NCBI GenBank assembly: GCA_951406725.2
Contig: OX597825.1
Span: 1,426,001-1,490,000 of the forward strand
Direction of reading: 5' to 3'
DNA: 64,000 nucleotides
Source of the DNA: Octopus vulgaris
Taxonomy: Eukaryota
Below the pieces are notes generated by a model that worked only from the letters and a program-made list of their open reading frames with translations, was not told where the DNA came from and ran no database searches. A program made the translations under genes and the position numbers. Shown here piece by piece: positions 35,310 to 47,300 of the stretch; position 1 is the stretch's first letter, and each line of letters starts with the position of its first letter.

Positions 35310-37165
35310 CAGTATTTAAATGACATGTATTTTAACAGTAATGTAGAGTTCCTCATACTTCTGTTTCTGAATGTATACGTGTGTTGTGTGAAGTAGGTCT
35401 GAAATGGGTTTTCTGTGTGCCTCATATACATTTTGGTGGTGTCTTCGCTGTTGTATACCTCTGCTATATAACAAGTTCTATAGAGTGGCATTTATTTTCA
35501 AGCGGACATTGTGACCTATCTTTGTGTGTGAGTCTGGGTTGAAATTGTTGGTCTATGCAGTTGTTTTGCTGTGATTCCCTATCTGGGACCCTATATTACC
35601 AAGGCAGCAGTAGTTGACCTTAACCATACACTTAAATATTTTATTATATGTGTGATCCAGGGAAGTGCTTTCTTATGAAACAATATGGGTGCATACATTA
35701 TACTGGAAAGTGGACTGAACCATATTGCCTCTCTGATTTTGGAATAATGTTGCTTGATGGGAACGGTCTCAAAATACCTTTTATCATTAGTAAAAACACA
35801 TTTCCCCACACATTGTTGTAATATGAGACAGCTCTATTGAAGACAGGTCTGTTTCAAGACAGGTCAGAAATGCATCTACTTACATTACCAATTTTTCCCA
35901 AATGATATCTATGGTTTAGAGTATTTGATTTTATATATTTATATTATCTTCATTTGGCTTATAGTGTAAACCTGTACATAAAGCCAGAGTAAGATCCAGG
36001 ATGTTCCCTGTCTTCCAGTTGGTAATGACCATGATCTTGAGTTGGAATGGACTATTGGTTAAGGACTTTCATAATTTCGTTTCATGGCCACTATGGTTTT
36101 GAGTATACCTAGTCTGTCATTGTGGTACTATCTAAATTCTACACCTGGTACTTTATTCTCAAGAATGTTTCACAGGGGCAATATTAAAAGATCTGTTATT
36201 TCCGTGCCATCAAAACTGCCCCTGGATTGACTGAAGAGCTTGTCTCTTATGTCTCTTCACTCGAAAACAGTTGTTGTAGTATAAGCCGTTATTTTCTGGC
36301 CTTTAGAATAATGCTGGAATCAGGTTCAGAAATGGATGAATAGTTTTTGTTGAAACCAAGCACTTGGAGTCCACAATATTGAGCTGACTGAACTTTTAGT
36401 TATGCTTGTTCATAATGCTGCGAAACCACTTAACCCTTTCATTGCTGTATTTATTTTGAGATGCTCTGTGTTTCTTTCAATTAATTTTAAATATAACAAA
36501 GAATTTAGTAAAATAACTTAGTTATCATTAAGCTAGTGTTAGCAACATAAATTGTGACTAAGGTTTGGTGGGAGAGTTTAATTCAGAACTTATGAAAACA
36601 AGACTTTTGCACTCAGAGCCACAGCCAGTTTCAGCTGGGTTGATAACGATAGGGTTAATGGTGCCGTAACTACAGATCTGTTACAAGGCAGTAGCCATCC
36701 TGATTTTGGCATTCACGTTGAGTATAAACTAGTTAAGCACATCTTTTTCACACTTTGCATGGTTGATGAGTTTGTACTTGGAGCTTCCAGTGAAGTTGTA
36801 TTCATGGTTTTTCATTAAGAGATAGTGTTTTCATGAGTTGAAGCATTCTACCCTCTCTGCTATGTTTAACTGTATTGTAAAGCACTTAGCCTTTTGTTAT
36901 TCATGTTGCAAGTACTGTGGCTGGGTTTGTTTTATATGCACTCGTGATGTTACTGAGAAGTGGGTTGTAGGTTTGTCTCTGTAATCCAAACATATCTTTT
37001 GTTTTATCAGCTTACACAAAAAGATTACTGGAACACTTGAAAGGGACGGGTGTTCTTTTAACTCGCATTAGAAACTGTCCTGTTCATGTAGTTATTGAAT
37101 TTTACTTTTTTATGAAACTGAAAAGGTCTGCCTCAAACAGTAGCATAACCTTGTTGTAGGGTTTT
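35310..37165 (-). mobile_element. Decayed Penelope-like retroelement (RT plus GIY-YIG endonuclease)
   Basis: Manual minus-strand translation across stops/shifts gives FEADLF, NLFV*ADKT, KLINHAKCE, GSFDGTEITDL, YHNDRLGIL (cf. YRDDGL), NILDLTL, IWFSP, RKHFP, CPLENKC, and AEVYNSEDTTKMYMRHTENPFQTYFTQHTYTFRN..RNST (GIY-YIG-like), in PLE order. Confidence 0.85.
36434..36654. mobile_element. piggyBac-type MITE inserted in the Penelope RT
   Basis: TTAA (36430-36433) + CCCTTTC ... GATAGGG + TTAA (36655-36658), 221 bp. A partial inverted copy lies at 50614-50705. Confidence 0.85.
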
Positions 37166-37315
37166 CAGGGATTTGAAACTGAACTTACGATCAACAGATG
37201 TAAAAGAATTTGACTTATCTTCATTAAAGGAGTTTCCATTTTATGTGTTTTAGCACACTCTCTTTGTTCTTTTTGTCTTTTTTTGATGAGCCTTTTGATA
37301 TAGAGTACTAATTCT

Positions 37316-37351
<36 letters not shown>

Positions 37352-38825
37352 ATATATGTGTTTGAGTGTATACAGATATATACATACATATATACTTACA
37401 CACACACACACATATATATATCTTTGTACATACATATATATGCATACATACACACACAAACACACATACATAAATATATTGACACACAAACACACCCACA
37501 TACTCTATGAACACACATCTCTGACAAGTGAATTTTCTATGTGAGTAAATGAACGAACCAGAAACTGGTGTAAATACTGTCTTTAAAAGTGAAAAACCAA
37601 AAAAAGACAAGAAACAAAACAAACTAAAAATTAAGTAATGTTTATCCCACATGTCTATGTATAATGTATAAAAACAACAACAACAACAACAAAAGAAACA
37701 AAACAAAAAGAAAGAACTAAGTAATTTCAAATGATACATGAATGATCAATAAGATTATCCCTTAAATCTACACAAGTATTATTCATATTAAATCAAGAAT
37801 CAACAATTCATTTCTCTGTGGATCATGCTGTCAAAAACAAAACAAAAATAAAAGGGAAAAAAAGCATAAAAAGAATTTAAAAAAAAGGAGAGAATAAAAA
37901 GGTTTTCTTCTTCTAAAACAACAAAGAATGTAAACAAGGCAGCAATGTTGCTGTGTCCAAATATTTGATGACTGTTCTCTCACATTTCAGAAGTGTATTT
38001 ATTTGTACAGTTCTTTTACTTTCTGATTCAATGCAGTCAATGAAAAGGGATTTTTTTTTTATATGTCCCTTTGCATTCTTTGAGAAATCTTTCAGATTCA
38101 CAAATCCCAAATGATCATTAGTTTAATAGAAATCAATATCTAATATCATAATATGAGAAAGTTTCAACATTAATGTGTCTTGTTTCATTGAAAAATTACA
38201 ATTCAGTGGAGACTAAAAATGGAATCATTCATACAAAGACATCTCTAAGGAGATAAAGAACGAACAGAACCAACTTCACTAATGCATTTTGCAATTGCTT
38301 GTAGGTCAGGCTCTTAAAGGGTTACAATATACATGCACCAACGTGTATGTACACGTGTATATATATATATATATATATGTGTGTGTATGTGTATGTAAAC
38401 ATATTTATATATCTATTGATAGACACACACCAATATATATGTATATATATGATATGATATGATATCCAAAGATGACAATATCCTCATTTTGCCTGATGGC
38501 TGGCTGATTACATATAGTAGTATCAATGCCTGCATACAACTGCATAGGCATGTACAGTAATTAGTGAAAGCATGATACATGTTTCCCAGCCATGTTTGCT
38601 TCTGAGTGACTGCTACACATGTAGCAAGTGAAGAATGGAGGCACAAGTATCGTTTAGTCTTTGCTTACTGTTGTGCCAATGACATATGCGTAATGAGTTA
38701 TATAACAAGTTGGAAAATATGAATATGATCAAAGACTATGGTGCTCCAGCATGGTCATAGCTGCATGGTGAAATGAGCAGAGAGTGTACTGTGAGCATTT
38801 TTCATGGCATCCCGTACATTCTGTG

Positions 38826-38861
<36 letters not shown>

Positions 38862-38873
<12 letters not shown>

Positions 38874-39202
38874 GAAGGTTTGAAAATGCAATTTTAAAAG
38901 ATGTTTATTCACTTGACCAGTTTCACTTTTTTAGAAAAAGATTGTCAAAAGTAACACGTAAAAGCTTTGTTGCGTTAAGTACTGGTTGTCACAAAATATT
39001 ACAATACATATATACATTCTTTGATAATAATAAGAACATGTTAGAAACAGTTTACAAGGAAAAATCTTGAGAAAATATTAAAAAGTTCATTAAACATTTA
39101 ACATGTTCTTATTATTATCAAAGAATGTATATATGTATTGTAATATTTTGTGACAACCAGTACCTAACACATTTCAAACTTTCAAACCTTCTTTCATATA
39201 TA
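38862..39202. repeat. Nested inverted repeat, probably an inverted Penelope pseudo-LTR
   Basis: Perfect 65-bp arms at 38979-39043 and 39099-39163 with a 55-bp spacer. Outer ~23-bp arms tatatatgaaagaaggtttgaaa / tttcaaaccttctttcatatata. Confidence 0.85.
38909..38954 (-). ncRNA. Decayed minimal type I hammerhead ribozyme-like motif
   Basis: Minus strand: ttactt-TTGACAA-t-cttttt-cta-aaaaag-t-GAAAC-tg-GTC-aagtga. Stems I and II pair and a GUC triplet is present. The core differs from CUGANGA at two positions. Confidence 0.5.
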
Positions 39203-39242
39203 ATTCCACTCATGCGTAACCTTACAACTTCACTTTGTTATA

Positions 39243-39285
<43 letters not shown>

Positions 39286-39399
39286 GGTGCACAATATATT
39301 TGAGGTCAGGTTTATGTTTATAAAACAATCAGATACATAATAACAGATAATAACTTTATTTATCAAAAAATGCTATGAGTTGTGTCTTTGGGGGGTATT

Positions 39400-40482
39400 C
39401 CAAAAGTTAGACTTTTGGTAATCCAGGCCTTGTGGTTGTGCATCCAGTGGACAGGCAGCAAGTTTTCTTTTTTTTGAAGACCCTTGGGTTTGTAGATAAG
39501 CCCTGATTTCAATATAAAGCTAGCAGCATAGCCACACATAATTAACTTCACTCTGTCCTTCTGTGCCTTAAATCCTGGGGCTCTGGCTTTGTCCTTCACG
39601 ATGTATGTTCTGGAAGGCATCTTCTTCCAGAACAAACCAATCTCGTCCATATTGAAAACCTGCTCCAGCTTGTATCCCTCGTCCTCAGTTTGTCTGCCTC
39701 AAAGGTCTCAAGGTACTTCTCGGTGGCTTCCTTTGTTGATTGATGTTGTCTCTCCATGCAGGGAAATACACTCTATTTTAAACCGTTTCTGGAAATGGTC
39801 AAACCCTCCCTAGCTGGTTTGAAAATCCTTGGGCTCTGGTGCTGTAAATTGTCTTGGTTGTGGTTCTTCAACACTTTCTGCCCTGTCTCCTTTGTCTAAC
39901 TGCTGGTATAATTTCCGTGCTTTCTCGCGGATGATGTTACCACTCAAGGGGATGTTTTTCTTCTTGCAGTCACTGATCCACAATGCCAAGGTAGATTCCA
40001 TCCTGACCAACGCCTTATTTCTCACTGGCATTATCTTTTGGGCACTTTAACAGAAACTTACTGCTATGGTAGACCTGATCGCTACCTCATTCTTTTTTAT
40101 GTAGCGTAGAGTGCTTTCATTGACATCACAACAGCAACCTACTGCAGCATAACTTTTACCTTCCTGAAGCATATTCAATAGTTGTGCCTTCTCATGGAAC
40201 ATCCTAACCTTTTTCTGGTGCTAAGGTTTGCTGCCAGAAGTCTTGGAAGATGTAGGGCATTTGGGTAGCATCTTAAGGCTTTAATAACATGCTGTGAAAA
40301 ACACAACTCTCAAGAGTGTTGGTGAAAAAAACTGGATGCAGCTTTTTACCCCAAAACGAAACGTACAAAAACAAATCTTCCTTGTGTCTAATATGCACAA
40401 ACCACCAATGGGAGACTGAGCAGAGATAATCATGGGTTTCAAAAATTTAGTTTGTATTAGCACTAGATACAGTAATCTATAC

Positions 40483-40521
<39 letters not shown>

Positions 40522-40670
40522 AGAGAGAGATTGCGACAAAAGAAGTAATGAAAAATTACAGATGATTCTTGCAATCCAATGAATATTCGGTGGTTTCTGT
40601 GAACAATTATTCATTCCGCGAATAACCAGGACAGTGAATGTCAAACCATGAATAAGTGGGGTAAACACTG
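39400..40670 (-). mobile_element. Decayed pogo/Tigger DNA transposon, 3'-truncated
   Basis: TA plus terminus CAGTGTTTACCCCACTTATTC at 40670 and ATG at 40271. CENP-B-type HTH (EKAQLLNMLQEGKSYAAVG...VNESTLRYIKKNE; MESTLALWISDCKKKNIPLSGNIIREKARKLY) and start of the DDE (MDEIGLFWKKMPSRTYI...GFKAQKDRVKL...WMHNHKAWIT). Confidence 0.9.
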
Positions 40671-40678
40671 TATATAAA

Positions 40679-40723
<45 letters not shown>

Positions 40724-40829
40724 CACATATCTGTAAAATAATATGTGACAATTATTCGGTAGCCAAGATAAAACTCTGAGTTTTGGATACCGAGGTGGAA
40801 ATCCACACCACCATCTCTTCGGTTATCTG

Positions 40830-40880
<51 letters not shown>

Positions 40881-40906
40881 CAAACACACATATATATATA
40901 TATCAA

Positions 40907-40965
<59 letters not shown>

Positions 40966-42949
40966 TAACACACATATATATATATATATATATAATGTAT
41001 ACACACTATATATAACACACATATATATATACAATATATAATATAAATATATACAATATATATATATATATATATAAACACACATACATACAATACATAT
41101 TCAAAATATCTATCTATATATATATACACACACACATATAATTCCAGATACACCTAAAATGCAATGTAATTTTGGGTATCTTTTATGTTTTAAATGATTC
41201 TCGTTTTTGTATAAAATTTGACCAAATTTCCATTTTATTTCCAGTTCAAAAGAAACAAAAATGTAATTTTGTGATTCAAGAAGTATATTTTTAATATATT
41301 GCAATCCATAATTGTTTTTTGTTTTTTTCTTGTATATTTCTGTGTGAAACTGATGAAAAAATGTCAACCTGTAATTTCTCTCTTGAATCAAATGAAAGCA
41401 TACATATATGTTTATTATATAAGTTCCATAAAAAAAAAACCCCAAACATTTTGAATATTTTTACTAATATTACTCACACACACACACACACACACATAAT
41501 ACACACACATAGACGCCATACTGTTACTCTTCTATTTTCATGTATATTTACATAGCCACACATATGTGCATAAGTTTAAATGAAAAGATTGTATTGCTAA
41601 ATGTACAATAAATGATACGATATCATGAAAATTTTAAATATAATCCGTAAATAATACTCTCTTAGTGTTTGTCAGTCATGTTCCAACATATTTATACAAG
41701 TTTCAACATTTCCATAACCTTAATAACATATTTATATGTGGAAGAGATCAATGAGCTAGTCACAGGAGTATGACAAAAAACTTGGCTACTCCAAACTAAA
41801 TAATGAAAGAACGAACAAGAGAATAATGTTAATAATCGTGTGAAAAGTTATTGACAAAGACGACTCTTTTCAAAACTGTACAACACTAAAAATCACTTTT
41901 TCAATAAATTTTCTATCAAAGAAGAGTGATAAAGACTATGTCTCTTTAAAAGTTCATAGCAACCTCAGAAATCCATTTTTCTTTTCTATCTCTTTTTTTT
42001 TTCTTTTTCTCTTTTTTGTTTTCCACTGCATCAAAAGGAATGCCATGATTCCCTGGCTGTATTGATCTCTCCAGAATACTCAACATAACAGTGATTGGTG
42101 AAGAAATTTGAAATGTATAATGCATGATCAATTTTATAAATTAGGATGAGCATTTTTTTTTTTCATTCATTATTCTTTATTTATGAAGCATGATTCTCGT
42201 GGAAATTGTGGTTATATATATAATATATATATGTATTTATATCACCTAATTTTATAGAATTTCTATGAAAGAGTGTTGAACAAGTGTTAATGCACAGCAA
42301 ATATTAATGTGTAAATATGATAATCTGTATATGTACATCATCCGGAAATGACAGAAGACATCAAATCAAATGAGTGAAAAAAAACAAAAAAAAAACCCGG
42401 CATTTATGAAACAAACAATTTTCAGAGATTATAAATATAGTTCACATATTAATGTGAGTTTCAATCTGGAGTGAACTTCCTTGTTTTACAGTGTGAATAC
42501 GTACGCAATAGATTTGATAATATATATTGATCAAGACTTCAACGGTGATTGAATTCTATTCAGCTAGGGCAGTCTCATGATTCAATGAAGGCTCAGTGTG
42601 AGAAAAATTGCAAAGATTCTAATTAGCCAATGATTGTGCCTGTTTATGATCCAATGGTGACACTGCTATGCCACTGAATAAAAGAGCCTACGTCAACCAA
42701 CAAAGAAACGTCATTGGAAATTAGCAGCTAAATCTTGTTCATGGCTTAAATACAGATTCACTGAAGAATGTTGCTCTAGATACAATATATTTGTAAAAAG
42801 GACCGGATCCTCATCTAGTTCCAATCAAGGTAATATTTCCCTATTGCCAGACATGCTTTGACAGAATACTGGATACAAATAACATCCATTTACAACAATT
42901 ATGCGATGTCAGAAAAAGGAGATGCATACATACACATATGCACACATAC

Positions 42950-43230
42950 AGCAAGCACTGTTCCGTTTCCATCTCTCAAATACACTCACAAGGTTTCGGT
43001 CAATGCGGGCTGAAGTGGAACTGACAGTGCTTTGCAGTGGAACTGAACCTGACGCCATGTGGTTGGCAAGCAAACTTTTCAACCACACAGCAGTCAACTG
43101 GTAGAGTTGATGGAGCATTGTGTAGAATGCATTGTAGTAATCATTCCATTTCTCAGCATCTTTGAGTTCAAATCCAGCCAAGGTCAAATTTATTTTCCCT
43201 CCTTTTCAGATTGATAAACAAAGAGTCAGT
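42950..43230. mobile_element. Head-to-head SINE A (minus, 42950-43092) and SINE B (plus, 43098-43230)
   Basis: gtggaactgaacc...atgtggttggcaagcaaacttttcaaccacacagc followed by gagttcaaatccagccaaggtc...gataaa. Confidence 0.65.
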
Positions 43231-43507
43231 TTTGTTCTGGGTGTTCGTTCTTCTCTCTAACGTTTTCTTCCCTTCTGTCCATCTTTCTATAAAAAAACTG
43301 AGAGTAGTCGGATCTGGAAAGGGATAGACTCAGTCAGATTTAAAAACACCCAAGACAAACTGTGTTACAATGATACTCCTATGGTTCCAGCAAGAAGTTA
43401 AGGGCTTGAGGCATGGCAAATATGTTCACCTACACACACACACACACACACAAGGAATGTATTATGTGTAAATTAAGTATTCCACATGACAACTTCTGTG
43501 TAAAACT

Positions 43508-43728
43508 TTAACCCTTCATCATTCAGGTTTTACTGTGTCAAATGTAAGGCTTATTCATTCACATTGTTTTGAATTAATCCTGCCATGCCTGACACTACTG
43601 AGATTTCAAAGATGTCATTCATTAATTTTAGGATGACATTGTAGGGTAGGTGTGAGAGACCAGCTCTGGCCAGTTTGAACCTAAAACATGTAGAATATTT
43701 GGGCTGGATATGGCCAGTTCAAATGCTA
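43508..43728. mobile_element. Second TTAA/CCCT-type (piggyBac-like) MITE, right terminus eroded
   Basis: Starts ttaacccttcatcattcag and ends ...ggccagttcaaatgcta, partially complementary to the start. The final aagggttaa is missing. Confidence 0.5.
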
Positions 43729-44577
43729 TTCTATTCACTACAATGGACAGTAGAAGAAAAAAAAAGAAAAACGAAATAAATACAACAGCATTGGTTAAAT
43801 TTCTACGATGCAGTTAATACAATAGATAAAAAGGCATATATTAAATATAAAGATATGGAGATAGGTGGCAGAGTAAGGGATTTTCAAGCTGAAGAAAAGA
43901 ATTATGCAAATTCCCCCAAATTTAGCATTACTTATATATTTAAAATACTAATTGGTGTACGTATACATGTGTGTGTAACTATGCATGGAAGAAGATGAGT
44001 TTTGTAAATTTTGCATAAAATATTTGAAAATAGTGAAACAAAATAAATAATATTTTTCTTTTTCGTTTTGTTTGCATTTTTGGAAAAGTAAGTTTTCCAG
44101 AAAAAAATCTATTTCATATTTGTTACTTCTTTCTGATAATATCCTAGTTATTTGCCAGAAATTATATGTTTGTATGTGTATCTATCTATCTATCTATCTA
44201 TCCATCTATCTATCTATCTTTCTATCTACCAATGTTATTTTTAAAAGATTGGCACATAGAAAAGAATGAGCTGGGTGTGGTGGCTAGGGGTGAACAGAAC
44301 AACTAGAAATTGAGAGAGAGAGCAAAAGAAAATAAGACATTAAATGGAAAGGAGAGATATAAAATTTCATTTGAACAGAATAGATTAAGTATAGCTCCAG
44401 GCAGAATGTTTCCTTTGAAACTTGTACCCAGTCTAAAATTTATTCTGTAGAGTATTAAAATAAACTTTATTTTCTGTAGACTAAAATATTTTCTTAATAG
44501 CATGAGATTTTTTTTCTTTTCTTTTCTATTATATTTTTCATTGGTTTCTATAAAGAAAACCAGGAGCTAAAAATGAG

Positions 44578-44615
<38 letters not shown>

Positions 44616-45397
44616 CTATGCATATGCACGTGCACATGTGTGTGTTGTGGGGAATAGAATTTCCAAAATGAACCGTGTAGTCTCACATTCTCTACCTCAA
44701 GATATATGTTTGTCAGCATTAAATACGCTTTGTGTATTTCTTACCATAATTATGGTTTGTTTAAATTACTTTTAGAGCACTGATTGTAAAGGTAGAATAA
44801 TGATTTAATTATGCTCAATGCAAAATATTTCTAGTTCAAGTACTTACAAAAGCAGGGAGGAAGACTGGGAGGACAAATGTTTATTTTGTCAAAGAATATG
44901 TTGATACAGACAAAGACAGTTAATTAGAGGACAGGATATTGACTCAGAGGCAAATCGTGAATACCAACTAATATACATTAAAACATTGGTTTTCAAAGCA
45001 TAAAATGTAGACAAATGAGAGAAGAATATACAGATGAAAGAAGATTACATTCAATATCAAAAGAACTGAAGTATTGTATAGTGATTAAAAAATTTGACTT
45101 CTTACCAAAGTTCTAATCTACAAGCAAATTTCAATTTCTCTTGCTTCAGTTAAACCCACAAATATATGAAAAGGGAGATGAAGAAAAATGAAAACTTAAT
45201 TTGTCAGTCAATTAACTTCATCACAGGCAGGTGTTGTGTTGGGAAGTTTGCTTCCCAACCACGTGGTTTTGGTTTCAATCCCACTCTGTGGCACCCTGGG
45301 CAAGTGTCTTCTACTACAGGCCCAGGGTGTCTAAAGCCTCGAGAATGGATTCACTAAAGTGAAAGCCTGTCACAGAGAATATGTTGAGCTTTATCTA

Positions 45398-46700
45398 CAT
45401 TGAACGGCAAAAGAAACGTGAGACGTATGTGACTGTGAAATATGTTTTAATTTCATTATGTCAGAGATAAATTTTGATAAATCTTATAAGGTCAATTTCT
45501 TGGATGCACTTTGACCACACTCTATGGGTTGTAGTCATGTGTTCTGGTAGTGGGTGGATCCAGCACATCGAGATTATAGGGCATGACATGTCCAATACTG
45601 TCTATGCTCTCCCTGAGTGTTGAAAACAGCCATACACCATTGGTACATGGGGTGCATGAGGCAGTTCAAAAAAGCCATGGGCACCTGTGCCCACACCCTG
45701 AGGAAAGCTGCCTTCAGTTCCACATGACTTGTTGGCCTTTAAACCAGCTGGTTCAGCCATCTCTGGATTTCATCCCACAGGTATTCAATTGGTTTCAAAT
45801 CAGGGCTGAGAGCCGGCCACGACATGGTTCTGATGTTGTGCTGATGCAGGAAGTCCATGGTGACCTTGGCCATGTGGGAGGGAGCATTGTCCTGCTTGAA
45901 TACGTGGCTATGGTGACACATGAAGACAAGCATGATGTGAGGTCTTAGAATCTGGTCAACGTAGCACTGTGCTGTGATGCCATTCCTTATGCCTGCACCA
46001 ACATTTTGGAACATATGGGACTCAATTCTTTGATTCAGGCCTATAGCACCCCAAACGATGATGCTTTGGCCACTCCATGCATCTCTCTCCATGACACATG
46101 CATTTCTGCAGCGTTCACCCCTCATACGCCACACCCTCATTCTGCCATCTGAGGTGGAAATGCAGTACCAGCTCTCGTCAGAGAAGACTATCGACTTCCA
46201 ATGTTGATGCCGCCAATGTCGGTGCTGTGTAACTGACTGTAGTCATGCCTGACGGTGGCAGGCGTTAAAGACAGTCCCTCAATCAGGACAATGGTGATGC
46301 AGGTTGTTGGTGGCCAGTCGACATCATCCTGTGTCATTGCTGATGAGTTACTGTCTAGAGTCAATGAGCTCGTGAGCTGTCGCGCTGGCCAGTTTGAAGC
46401 GATCACAGAGGTGTTGCAGGTGGATGAAGTAATCCTGCCTGGGTGTGGTCAGCCAGGGGTGCCCTCTGCAGGCATGGTCTGCAATGTTGTTGGCATTGTT
46501 GTATTGCAGGCAATAGGTGGTGCTGACATGGACATTGTAAGCTTTGACAACAACCAGGGCACGCTGCCCTGCTTGCATTCACATAAGTTAATGTCTCCTT
46601 GTCTTGACTGCATCTGATAGTTGCAAATGAATTTCATTGTCACACAAGCAGTGTTGTTTGTTTCCAATCTTCCATGAAAACATGTCCAGCTACAAAGAAG
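45398..46700 (-). mobile_element. Decayed Tc1-family DNA transposon
   Basis: ORF fragments carry IIVWGAI, FKQDNAPSH and WPALSPDLKPIEYLWDEI (DD34E region), plus N-terminal AYNVHVSTTYCL...RGHPWLTTPRQDYFI. A TIR-like end ta-cattgaacggcaaaagaaacg lies at 45398. Confidence 0.9.
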
Positions 46701-46766
46701 GCAAGGGATCAGCACCGAGAAGGCTTTCTGGTTGTTGTCCAACCCATTCAAGCAAGGATGTTGCTG

Positions 46767-46848
<82 letters not shown>

Positions 46849-46861
46849 ATGTATGTATAAG

Positions 46862-47025
46862 TGCAGGACTAGCTGTGTGGTAAGAAGCTTGTTTCCTGAC
46901 CATATGGTTTTGGGTTCAGTCCCCCTGCATGGCACCATGAGCAAGTGTCTTCTACAATTGTCTTGGCCTTTGGGCTGACTAAAGTCTTGTGAGTGGATTT
47001 GACAGACAGAAACTGAAAGAAGCCC

Positions 47026-47077
<52 letters not shown>

Positions 47078-47300
47078 CGTGTGTGTGTGTGTGTATTTGT
47101 GTCTGTGTTTGTCTGTCACCACTGCTTGATAACCGGTGCTGGTGTTTATGTACCTGTAACTTAGTGGTTCAGCAAAAGAGACCAGTTGCATAATTACCAG
47201 GCTTTAAAAAAAAAACAAGTACTGGGGGGTCAATTCATTTGACTAAAAGTTCTCCAAGGTGGTGCCCCAGCATGGCAGCAGTCTTATGACTGCAACAAGG
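46862..47300 (+). mobile_element. SINE family A, near full-length
   Basis: gctgtgtggtaagaagcttgtttcctgaccatatggttttgggttcagtccc...gtgagtggatttg...aactgaaagaagccc, internal (TA)n(TG)n, 3' part ggtggtgccccagcatggc. Confidence 0.88.

Noticed and set aside
36231-36270. CTGAAGA...GAAA hammerhead-like spacing on the plus strand
   Set aside because: It lies antisense within the Penelope RT coding region and lacks stems I and III.
46862-46930. tRNA gene-like A/B box sequence
   Set aside because: It is the head of a multi-copy SINE, has no complete cloverleaf, and continues into SINE body sequence.
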